From Planctomycetota bacterium (GTDB lineage Bacteria; Planctomycetota; B15-G4), in NCBI GenBank assembly GCA_965248575.1, contig CBDFJQ010000002.1:4864001-4928000 (forward strand): a stretch of DNA of 64,000 nucleotides, read 5' to 3'. A program made the translations under genes and the position numbers. Below the pieces are notes generated by a model. It made no database searches and was not told the DNA's origin. It saw only the letters and a list, made by a program, of their open reading frames with translations. The first letter of the stretch is position 1, and every line of letters starts with the position of its first letter. Positions 55,749 through 64,000 of this stretch are shown here, one piece after another.

Positions 55749-57020
55749 ATGACTCACCCAAGCCTGACTGAACACGCTGTCGACATGAAGGCGCTGCGCG
55801 CCCACTTCCCTGCCTTGGAAGGCGGGTCCACCCTGCTCGAGAACGCGGGCGGCTCTCAGGTGCCCTCCGGCGTGGCGGACGCCATGCGCCACTACATGCT
55901 CAACAGCTATGTGCAGCTGGAGGCGGGCTATCCGGAATCGGAGGCGGCTGACGCCGTCGTGCACGGGGCTCATGACTTCCAGAACCTGCTCATGAACGGC
56001 CAGGGGTTGGGGCAAGTGATCCTGGGTTCGTCCAGCAGCCAACTCATGGCCATGCTTGCCCAGTGCTACGGCGAGCTGCTCCAAGCCGGAGACGAGGTGG
56101 TCATCGCCGAGACGGGGCACGAGGCCAACATCGGTCCTTGGGTACGCCTCGCGGAGCGCGGCGGTTTTCGATTGCGCACGTGGAAAGTGGACGTGTCCCA
56201 GGAGGACTGTCTACTCGAGGGCTTGGAGCAGGTGCTCAACGAGCGCACGCGCCTGGTGGCTGTGGTGCACGTGTCGAACTTGCTGGGCAGGGTTCTCGAC
56301 GTGCAGGCCGTGTCCGAGCGGGTGCATGCCGCCAACCCCGAAGCCCGGGTGATCGTGGACGGCGTGGCCTTCGCCCCGCACCGGGCCATCGACGTGGCGG
56401 CGTGGGACGTCGACTACTACGTCTACTCCACCTACAAGGTCTACGGCCCGCACATGGCCGCTCTCTGGGGCAAGCAGGACGCCCTGGCGGAGATCACGGG
56501 CCCCAACCACTTCTTCGTGCCCAAGCACGACGTGCCCTACAAGTTCGAGTTGGGGGGGGTGTGCCACGAGGCTTGCGCCGGCCTGCTCGCCTTGCGGGAG
56601 TACCTTTGCTTCCTGTCAGGACAGCAGCGTGACGAATCAGGGTCGACGCCTGGCGACTGCACCCGCACGGTCATCGAGGAAGCCTTCGCGCTGATGGAGG
56701 CCTTGGAGCGCCCTCTGACTGAGCGACTGCTCGCGTACCTGTCATCCAAGCCGGGGGTGCGCGTCATCGGGACAGGGGTGGCCGGCCCGGAGCGTGTGGG
56801 GACCGTGAGCTTCATCCACGAATCCAAGAGTTCGGCCGAGATCGTGGCCGCCGCCCATGCCCATGGGGTGGCGATCCGCAACGGGCACATGTACGCGCAC
56901 CGCCTGTGCACGGCGCTCGGCCTGGATCTCGACGACGGCGTCGTGAGGGTGAGCCTGCTGCACTACAACACCGCAGAAGAGATTGAGCGCTGCGTCGTGG
57001 CCTTGGAGTCGGTGCTCTAA
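55749..57020 (+). CDS. Class V aminotransferase, cysteine desulfurase-like
   Basis: LENAGGSQVP, HEANIGPW, VDGVAFAPH, STYKVYGPH (PLP Lys), VRVSLLHYNT. Confidence 0.92.
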   Translation: MTHPSLTEHAVDMKALRAHFPALEGGSTLLENAGGSQVPSGVADAMRHYMLNSYVQLEAGYPESEAADAVVHGAHDFQNLLMNGQGLGQVILGSSSSQLMAMLAQCYGELLQAGDEVVIAETGHEANIGPWVRLAERGGFRLRTWKVDVSQEDCLLEGLEQVLNERTRLVAVVHVSNLLGRVLDVQAVSERVHAANPEARVIVDGVAFAPHRAIDVAAWDVDYYVYSTYKVYGPHMAALWGKQDALAEITGPNHFFVPKHDVPYKFELGGVCHEACAGLLALREYLCFLSGQQRDESGSTPGDCTRTVIEEAFALMEALERPLTERLLAYLSSKPGVRVIGTGVAGPERVGTVSFIHESKSSAEIVAAAHAHGVAIRNGHMYAHRLCTALGLDLDDGVVRVSLLHYNTAEEIERCVVALESVL

Positions 57021-57093
57021 CTCTGGACTCCCAAGCAACCATCGCTCCGCCCAGCCTCTCTTGTGGCGCTCCAGCGCCCTAGAGCTCGGACAC

Positions 57094-57462
57094 ATGAACG
57101 GACACCTGAAAGCCTGCCCCGACAGCCCCAACTGCGTGAGCAGCGTGGACCCGAACCCTGAGCGCCGGGTGGACGCCCTGCCCTTGCCGCGGAGCCCGGG
57201 CGGTGAGCTGGTCCCCGACCCCATCGCCCGGCTTGGCGAGATTCTCTCGCTGCAATCCCGAGTGCGGGTCATGGAGGTTCGCGAAGACTACCTGCACGCC
57301 GTGTTCATCAGTCGTCTTCTGCGCTTCCGGGACGATGTGGAGTTCCTGCTGGATCGCGAGGCGGGGCTGCTCCAGGTGCGCTCGGCCTCGCGAGTGGGTT
57401 ACTCCGACCTGGGCGCCAACCGTGCCCGAGTGGAACGGCTACGTGGCCTGCTCGCCCCCTGA
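57094..57462 (+). CDS. DUF1499 family protein
   Basis: LKACPDSPNCVSS, F.DDVEF, RSASRVGYSDLGANRARVE. Confidence 0.88.
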   Translation: MNGHLKACPDSPNCVSSVDPNPERRVDALPLPRSPGGELVPDPIARLGEILSLQSRVRVMEVREDYLHAVFISRLLRFRDDVEFLLDREAGLLQVRSASRVGYSDLGANRARVERLRGLLAP

Positions 57463-57637
57463 GGCTCAAGCGGTCACGGCACCGAGCCCGGATTCGAAGC
57501 GTGGGGGCCTGAGCCCCGTAGCGCTGCCGACGGGGCGTACCCACAGCAGGACTTTCTGTCGAGCCTCTGTCACTTGCCTCGGGTCCTAGCGCTAGAGTCA
57601 TCCGTAAGGCCGTGATCCCTGTCGTCGGAGAGAACCC

Positions 57638-58921
57638 ATGGTGATGTACCCGCTGAAGTCTCGGGAGAACGTTGACCGCAGCCGGCAAGCTCTGCTGCTT
57701 GGAGCCATGGCTGCGCTGGCGTTGGGCTTCACCGCGCCCTCCACGGGGGACAGCCTGGGGCCCATGCCCGCGGTCGGTGTGGAAGGGGGGCCGCGCAACC
57801 CGCTCGCGGGCGACACCAAGGAGCGCTGGCTGCATGGGCGTGAGCTCTTCGCACGGGAGTTCACAGCGAGTGAGGGGTTGGGCCCGCTCTCCAACGCCCC
57901 CAGCTGCGGCAGTTGCCACAACCAGCCGGTGCTCGGTGGCGCCGGCGGCCTGGAGCACAACGTGGGCGGCGATGAGGTGCTCGGGGCGTTGGAGAGCTAC
58001 TCCCTGCGCGGCGCGCCGACGGGCCGCGGTTCGAGCGTGCAGGCTTCGAACGCGCGCTCCCGACGCAGGGCGATGGCCTTCTGCCCGGACGATGAGCCGT
58101 CGGAGCCGCGGCCGATCGGCATCCAGACGCCGAGCCTGCTGGGCCTGAGCATGATCGAGACGATCCCTGACCACGTGCTGCTCGAGCTGGAAGACCCAGC
58201 TGACCAAGACCGGGACGGCATCCGCGGCGTGGCTCCCCGCATCTCCATGCCGGAGGGTCGGGTCGAGTTGGGTCGCTTCGGGTGGCGGTCCCAGGCTCCG
58301 AGCCTGGACGACTTCGTGCGCGGCGCCTGCGCTGGAGAACTCGGGATGACCGTGCCCTGGAACGAACGGGAGTTCGGCGTCTTCGAGGACGGTGACGGGC
58401 GCGTGGACCCCGAGCTGACCCGGCACGACCTGCTGAACCTCACCATCTACTGCGCGGAGTTGGCGGCACCGTCTCGGACCAGGGGCGAGAACCCTGCCCA
58501 GGCTCGGCGCGGCGAACAGCTGTTCGAGAGCACGGGCTGCGCGGCCTGCCATGTGCCCGTCCTCTACGGCACCGAGGGGCCCGTGATGCTGTACTCCGAC
58601 CTGCTGACCCACCATGTGGTCGAGCGACGCCCGCTCTCAGACGAGGAACGACGGGTGTTGGCCTTCATCCCGCGCGTCGCCGGCGAGAAACGGGAAGGAG
58701 GCCGCTCGACCGAGGGCGACCTCCCGGGCCCGGAACGCTTCAGGACACCGCCGCTGTGGGGCATCGCCCGGACCGCGCCCTATCTGCACGATGGCAGGGC
58801 AGCGACCCTGTCGGCGGCCATCGAGGGGCATGCACTGGAGGCCTCGGGGTCCCGGGAGCGCTGGCGTGGCCTGGAGGACGCCGAGCGCGACGACCTGCTG
58901 GCCTTCCTCGCCGAGTTGTAG
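57638..58921 (+). CDS. Di-heme oxidoreductase family protein (DUF1111/DHOR)
   Basis: GLGPL.NA.SCGSCH, TPSLLGL, GRFGW, GCAACH, YSDLL.H, FRTPPLWG, YLHDGRA. Confidence 0.9.
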   Translation: MVMYPLKSRENVDRSRQALLLGAMAALALGFTAPSTGDSLGPMPAVGVEGGPRNPLAGDTKERWLHGRELFAREFTASEGLGPLSNAPSCGSCHNQPVLGGAGGLEHNVGGDEVLGALESYSLRGAPTGRGSSVQASNARSRRRAMAFCPDDEPSEPRPIGIQTPSLLGLSMIETIPDHVLLELEDPADQDRDGIRGVAPRISMPEGRVELGRFGWRSQAPSLDDFVRGACAGELGMTVPWNEREFGVFEDGDGRVDPELTRHDLLNLTIYCAELAAPSRTRGENPAQARRGEQLFESTGCAACHVPVLYGTEGPVMLYSDLLTHHVVERRPLSDEERRVLAFIPRVAGEKREGGRSTEGDLPGPERFRTPPLWGIARTAPYLHDGRAATLSAAIEGHALEASGSRERWRGLEDAERDDLLAFLAEL

Positions 58922-59024
58922 GCGGATGCCGCCTCCTGGGTCGTGGGGTTTGGTTCCCGCGCGCTGAGACAGGAACTGCCGCGCTGGGGCTCTCGTGGAG
59001 CGCGGCGATGCTCGAGTACCCGGG

Positions 59025-60074
59025 CTAGCTCTCGCCACCGAGTTGCAGGCTGGCCATCTTCAGCGGAGGTTGCCCGTCGAGTGATGGGAAGTCCTCGTCG
59101 GGAGTGATCAGCTGCATGTCGACCACCGTGCGTCGGTTCTTCGCGGCGCAGCGACGCAGGCTCTCAAGCCAGGTGGATGCCTCGACCCGGGCCACATGGT
59201 TGGTGACCAGCAGGCTGCCCCCCGGGCGCGTCGCGAGCAGGGCGGGCTTGAACACACTCTGGTAGTCACGCACCAGGTCCACGACGCCGAAGGGGCTCTT
59301 GGCCCAGGTGGGTGGGTCCAGGATCACGAGGTCGAACTGCCTCCGCGCCAGCTTGTCGAACTTCGGCAGCTTGCCGTAGCGGCCCCTGACGCTCAGCCCC
59401 GCCAGCTGACGTGCGACCACGAAGGCATCGCCTTGCATGAACACTTGGGAGGTCGCGCTGGGCTCGTTGAGTGAGACGTTGTGTTCGCCCACCGCGAGGG
59501 CGGACTCCGCGAAGTCCACGTTCCACACCTCGGCTGCACCGCCCGCGGCTGCCGCTACTCCAATACCACAGGTGTAAGCGAAGAGATTCAGGACCTGCGC
59601 GCCGGCATGCTGTTCGCAGTAGCGACGGATGTGCCGCCGCCCCGCGCGGAAGTCGAGGAACAGGAGCGGGTCGAGGCCGCGGTGACGTGGGGCCACGCTG
59701 TAGGCGAGCCCTTGCTCCAGGGCCGTGGGGTGCTCCGGTAGATCGCCTGGCTGGTGCCAGGTGTCGAAGGTCTCCGCGCGAGCCTTGCCCCGGTGGTTCC
59801 ACACGGGTTGCAAGGGGACGCCCAATGTTTCGGAGGCCAGCGCACTGAGGGATTCGAGTTGGCCGGGCTCGAGAGCTTCCTTCCAGGTCTGGATCAGCAG
59901 CAGTTCGCCGTAGCGATCGATGGTCAGACCGGGTGCGCCTTCGGCGACGCCGTGCAGCAAGCGGTAGCAGTCGGTGCGGTCGCCGCTGCCATCGCTGGAA
60001 CCGGTGCAACGCTCGAGGAATCCGGCGCGGCGTTGCAAGGCCGTGCGCAAGCAGTCTGCAGTCGAGGGGGTCAT
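59025..60074 (-). CDS. RlmI/RlmK-like SAM-dependent RNA methyltransferase
   Basis: YRLLHG..EG.PGLTIDRYG, LFLD.R, VLNLFAYTCG, FDLVILDPPT. Confidence 0.85.
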   Translation of the reverse strand: MTPSTADCLRTALQRRAGFLERCTGSSDGSGDRTDCYRLLHGVAEGAPGLTIDRYGELLLIQTWKEALEPGQLESLSALASETLGVPLQPVWNHRGKARAETFDTWHQPGDLPEHPTALEQGLAYSVAPRHRGLDPLLFLDFRAGRRHIRRYCEQHAGAQVLNLFAYTCGIGVAAAAGGAAEVWNVDFAESALAVGEHNVSLNEPSATSQVFMQGDAFVVARQLAGLSVRGRYGKLPKFDKLARRQFDLVILDPPTWAKSPFGVVDLVRDYQSVFKPALLATRPGGSLLVTNHVARVEASTWLESLRRCAAKNRRTVVDMQLITPDEDFPSLDGQPPLKMASLQLGGES

Positions 60075-60099
60075 GGTGGGGGCGCCGTGCAGGCTCGCC

Positions 60100-61572
60100 T
60101 CAGTCCAATCCGGTTGTGGCGCGCAGCCAGCTGGCGATGATCTCCAAGACCTCGGGCGAGAGCGTCTCTTCGATGCTGGCGTATTCGTCGACGCGCCCGG
60201 TGGTCGTGCTTTGGAAGATGTGGTTGAGGCCCGGCAAGGCACGCGTGATGACCTGGGTGTTTCCAGCGGTTGCTGCCGCAGACGTCACCGCTCCGAGGTT
60301 TTGCTCGTGCAGGACTTGCAGGTCCAATTCGCCATTGAGGGCGAGGATCGGGATGTCGAGGGTGCTGAGCGGCTCACGAGCATCAAGGGTCAGGAAGCCA
60401 CGCATCCATTCCGTCTGGAACTGCGCGACCAAGCCATCGATGGCTTGCTCGAATTGCGGGCGCACCGCTGCGGGCAGGAACTCCATCGAGCTGAGACCCG
60501 CCTGGGCCAGGACCAGGCCGGCACTGGCTTCTCTCAGGTCCTCGGCCGAAGCTGCGTCGATGCACAAGTCGAGCACTCTCCCTTGCAGGACGAGTTGTTG
60601 GGCGATGTTGACCTCCGGGACACCGTTCGAGCGCAGCACGGCTTGGAGTTGCAGCGGCATCAGGTCCCGACCGGGAACCATGCTGCCCGCCAAGAGCAGC
60701 AGGAAGCTGACGTCGTCTCGCTCGACAGCGACAAAGGGGGCCAGCCCGCCGCCTTCGCTGTGGCCGCCGACGCCCAGGCGCGTCGGGTCGATGTTTGCTT
60801 CTGTGCGCAGCACGTCGAAGCCCGCCACGGCATCGCTCACGAAGTCCATGCCTGTGGCTGCGGCGAAGTCCCCTTCGGAGTCGCCGATGCCCCGATCATC
60901 CATGCGCAGGACGGCGATGCCGGCCCGGGCCAGATGGTCTGCCAACACATGGAACGGCTTGTGGGCGAACAAGGTCTCATCGCGATCTTGAGGCCCCGAA
61001 CCCGTCATGAGCACGAGCGCGGGGTGGGGCCCCTCACCCGCGGGGACCGTCAACGTCCCTGCCAGCACGATGCCCGCTTCCGTGTTGGGGACCTTCAGCT
61101 CGCGCACGGCGTAGGGATACGGAGGCTGCGGCAGCTGGGGGCGCCTGGGCCCGATCGTGTCTCCCTGCGCGAGACGGTCGAATCGGAACGGTACCGTCTG
61201 TCCGCGTTGAGTCATGGACCCGGACCAGCCCCCGGTCGGATCAGGTGTCACTGAGAAGCTCGCTTGGAGTGTGGCGGATCCGAAGCTCACGGCAGCCGAA
61301 TCGAGACTCACGTCCTTGAGCGGCAAGCCCGTGACGCCCTGAGCAGGGATGTCCACGGTGCCTGACCAGCTGCCGTCCTCGGCACGCTCGAAGTTCAGCG
61401 CCAAAACCACCGTCTGGCCCGGGACCTCGAGCATGGCCTTGTAGCGCCCGGGCGCGAAGCTCGTTGCCGCGGCCTCCTGTGATGCGGGAGGGGCCAGAGA
61501 TGGCAGAGACCACAGGGATGCCAGGGGCGAAGCCACCCACAACGTGAGGGTCATGAGGAGCGGAAGCGTCAT
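60100..61572 (-). CDS. Secreted alpha/beta hydrolase
   Basis: GSGPQDRDE, LRMDDRGIG.S, GHSEGG nucleophile elbow, NGELDLQV, GLNHIFQ. Confidence 0.92.
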   Translation of the reverse strand: MTLPLLMTLTLWVASPLASLWSLPSLAPPASQEAAATSFAPGRYKAMLEVPGQTVVLALNFERAEDGSWSGTVDIPAQGVTGLPLKDVSLDSAAVSFGSATLQASFSVTPDPTGGWSGSMTQRGQTVPFRFDRLAQGDTIGPRRPQLPQPPYPYAVRELKVPNTEAGIVLAGTLTVPAGEGPHPALVLMTGSGPQDRDETLFAHKPFHVLADHLARAGIAVLRMDDRGIGDSEGDFAAATGMDFVSDAVAGFDVLRTEANIDPTRLGVGGHSEGGGLAPFVAVERDDVSFLLLLAGSMVPGRDLMPLQLQAVLRSNGVPEVNIAQQLVLQGRVLDLCIDAASAEDLREASAGLVLAQAGLSSMEFLPAAVRPQFEQAIDGLVAQFQTEWMRGFLTLDAREPLSTLDIPILALNGELDLQVLHEQNLGAVTSAAATAGNTQVITRALPGLNHIFQSTTTGRVDEYASIEETLSPEVLEIIASWLRATTGLD

Positions 61573-61690
61573 GGAGTCTCTCGGGAGAAGGGTGCGAGAT
61601 CATAACCACCCTGTGCCCAACCCCATCCACTGGCCGTGTGTCAGGGGCGAGGGGCAGGTGTGCCTGTATCATCCGGCGATGCGTGACTCG

Positions 61691-64000
61691 ATGTCTCTGA
61701 TTGTTTCCGTCCCCGGCTGTCGTCGCTCTGCAGCTGGGGGAGCTGATCGTTGGCTCGGGTTGATCGCCTGCTTGCTGTGCTGCGCGAGTGCGGCCCGGGG
61801 CCAGCAGGGAGATGTTCCGAACCAGCTGCAACCGCCTCTGCCGGCGGAGCTCGTCGTGCCTGCTGCTCCAGCACTCACTCCCGAGCAGGAGGCGGCGAGC
61901 TTCGAGTTGCCTGACGGTTTGAAGATCGAGCTCGTGGCTGCGGAGCCGCTGCTGAACTCACCGGTCATGGCGACCTTCGATCTTGACGGGCGTCTCTGGG
62001 TCGTGGAGATGTCGGGCTACATGCGCGACGCCGATGGAAACGGTGAGCGCGAACCCACGGGCGCCATCGTCATCCTGGATGACGACGATGGGGATGGGCG
62101 CATGGATCGCCGGTCGGTCTTCCTGGACGGGCTCGTCTTGCCGCGCTCGGTCGCCCCTACGCGCGGCGGAGCCCTGGTGATCGCACCTCCCGATGTGCTG
62201 TTTTGCAGGGACACGGATGGCGACGGCAGGGCCGACGATTTGCAGGTGGTGGACACGGGGCTCGCTGGCCTCGAGAGCCCTGAACATGCTCCCAACGGGT
62301 TGCTTCCCACCCTCGATAATGTCTTCGCCTGCGCGAATCACGGCCGTCGCTATCGATTCGAGGACGACGCCTGGGTGCTGGAGCGCACCGCTGGTGGGGG
62401 GCAGTGGGGGATCAGCCAGGACGACCTCGGTCGCCTGTTCTTCAACACGAATTCGGATCCCTTGCGCGCGGATCTGGTCGCGAGCCGCTACTCGCTGCGC
62501 AACCCTCTGCACGGTGCGGTGTCGGGCGTCAACGTGGGCTTGGCGCCTGACCGTCAGGCGTGGCCGTCGCGCATGACCACGGGGGTCAACCGGGGTTATC
62601 TGCCCGACACGCTGCGAGACGATTGGACCCTTCGAGAGGTCACAGCGGTGTGTGCCCCGTGGGTCTTTCGCGGTGACGCGCTGCGCGCCGAGGATCGTGA
62701 CAGCGTGTTCGTGTGTGAGCCGGCAGGCAACCTCGTGCAACGCTACCAGTTGGAACGCGACGCTTCGGGAGCCCTCGTCGCACGCAATCCGCATACGGGG
62801 CGGGACTTCCTGACGAGTACCGATGAGCGCTTTCGTCCGGTCAACGCAATGGGAGGGCCGGACGGTGCCCTGTACATCGTGGATATGTACCGCGGTGTCC
62901 TGCAGCACAAGATCTTCATGACGAGTTGGCTGCGCGCCCAGGTCGAGGGCAGGGCGCTCGAGCAGCCGCTGGACGGCGGACGGATCTGGCGGGTCGTGCG
63001 GGAGGAGGGGGCCAAGGCGGGAGCTGGCTTGCCGGCTCGCAGCGATTTGCCGGCCCTTGTCCATGCGCTGACGTCGCCGTTGGGCTGGCAGCGCGATCGA
63101 GCTCAGCAAGCCCTGGTTGAGTTTGCTGCGGGGCAAGGGGCGGACGCCCAGGCGGCGACGGCGGAGCAGCTCGCCGATCAGGTCAGATCTCTCGCTGAGC
63201 AGTCGGAGGACCCGCTCGCTCGTGTACACGCGTTGTGGACGTTGGATGGGCGTGGCGCGCTGCACGTGGACGACGTGCGGCGGGCGCTGGCCGATGTCGA
63301 TCTGCGCGTGCGCCTCACGGCCCTGCGCTTGGCAGAAGCCTACGTGGGTGCGCATCGGGACGTGGCGGGCGCGGTGGCTCTGCTCGAGGCGAGCGAGGTT
63401 GATCTGCCCGAGCTCCAGCACCAGGCACTCTTGAGCCTGGGCGCCTCTGCCTCCAGCACATGCACCAAGGCCCTGGCCGCGGCCATCCGTCGGGACGCCT
63501 CCAGCCCGGAGCGGCGTTCGGCCGTGCTCAGCGCGCTGCTCGGGCGGGGAGCCTCGTTCCTTGATCTGCTGCTGCAGGAGCCTGATTGGAGTGAGCCCGT
63601 CAGTGAGCCCGCTGAAGGGCGGGCCACGTTCTTGCGGCTGCTGTCGCGAAACATCGGCCGTACGCGCGCCACAGAGGGAGTCGCCGCGGTGTTGTCGGCG
63701 GCGCTGCGCAAGGAGGCAGCGAGCTGGCAGACGAACGCGCTGTTGTCCGGCCTGCTGGACGCCCGGGCGCCGGATGCCCGTGGGCAGGCAGGGCGACTTC
63801 CGTTGGCTTCGCGCCCCGCAAGTTGGGAGGCCCTGTTGGAGTGCCCGGCAACGGTCGCCGCGGAGGTCGCGCAAGCCCTGGTGTTCCCGGGGCATCCGAC
63901 GCCCGATGAGCGCCGCCCCGTGCGTGCCCTCCAACCCCATGAACAACTGGCCTTTGAGCAGGGGCGCAAACTCTACGCCGTGGCCTGCGCCAGTTGTCAC
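61691..64000 (+). CDS. PVC-type membrane-bound dehydrogenase / heme-binding protein (partial, runs off window end)
   Basis: Translated by hand: signal peptide, SFELPDGLKIELVAAEP, GRLWVVEM, D.DGDGR.D, GPDGALYIVDMYRG, HEAT-like helices, ending LYAVACASCH at 64000. Alternative start 61679. Absent from the ORF track. Confidence 0.88.
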   Translation, partial: MSLIVSVPGCRRSAAGGADRWLGLIACLLCCASAARGQQGDVPNQLQPPLPAELVVPAAPALTPEQEAASFELPDGLKIELVAAEPLLNSPVMATFDLDGRLWVVEMSGYMRDADGNGEREPTGAIVILDDDDGDGRMDRRSVFLDGLVLPRSVAPTRGGALVIAPPDVLFCRDTDGDGRADDLQVVDTGLAGLESPEHAPNGLLPTLDNVFACANHGRRYRFEDDAWVLERTAGGGQWGISQDDLGRLFFNTNSDPLRADLVASRYSLRNPLHGAVSGVNVGLAPDRQAWPSRMTTGVNRGYLPDTLRDDWTLREVTAVCAPWVFRGDALRAEDRDSVFVCEPAGNLVQRYQLERDASGALVARNPHTGRDFLTSTDERFRPVNAMGGPDGALYIVDMYRGVLQHKIFMTSWLRAQVEGRALEQPLDGGRIWRVVREEGAKAGAGLPARSDLPALVHALTSPLGWQRDRAQQALVEFAAGQGADAQAATAEQLADQVRSLAEQSEDPLARVHALWTLDGRGALHVDDVRRALADVDLRVRLTALRLAEAYVGAHRDVAGAVALLEASEVDLPELQHQALLSLGASASSTCTKALAAAIRRDASSPERRSAVLSALLGRGASFLDLLLQEPDWSEPVSEPAEGRATFLRLLSRNIGRTRATEGVAAVLSAALRKEAASWQTNALLSGLLDARAPDARGQAGRLPLASRPASWEALLECPATVAAEVAQALVFPGHPTPDERRPVRALQPHEQLAFEQGRKLYAVACASCH

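Noticed and set aside
57470..57510. tRNA fragment suggested by GGATTCGAA
   Set aside because: The T-stem does not pair, and there is no CCA end or cloverleaf.
61958..64000. 680-aa minus-strand ORF in the track
   Set aside because: Shadow of the plus-strand PVC-type dehydrogenase, which has clear family motifs.
1..64000. Prophage, IS element, integron or defence island
   Set aside because: No integrase, transposase, phage structural or recognisable defence genes, and no terminal repeats or marked compositional break seen by eye.

Overview
High-GC bacterial chromosomal segment with about 50 genes, most consistent with a Planctomycetota genome. This is inferred from a TIGR02999-type ECF sigma/Ser-Thr kinase pair, an ECF sigma with a long C-terminal extension, a PVC-type heme-binding dehydrogenase and a sulfatase. 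I could not support any rRNA, tRNA, CRISPR array, integrase or transposase. Content is mostly envelope, transport, signalling and redox genes: a BNR-propeller/sulfatase fusion, an atypical secretin-like protein, an orphan pilin, a GH26 lipoprotein, pqiA-pqiA-pqiB without pqiC, HAE1 and heavy-metal RND pumps, a LytS/LytTR pair, a 186-triplet collagen-like protein and several c-type cytochromes. The best candidate for an undescribed system is a compact HAO-family octaheme cytochrome that appears to lack the cross-linking Tyr and overlaps the gene for an internally duplicated, His-conserving membrane protein (44228-46277). Other notable items are the split secretin, a SNase-like/gluzincin lipoprotein in the pqiC position, a Cache-containing ECF-partner kinase, a 63-codon deletion scar of a two-component system, a one-base frameshift, and structured or repeat-containing intergenic regions. 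All family calls come from motif recognition by eye, not database searches. Many start codons were trimmed relative to the ORF track.
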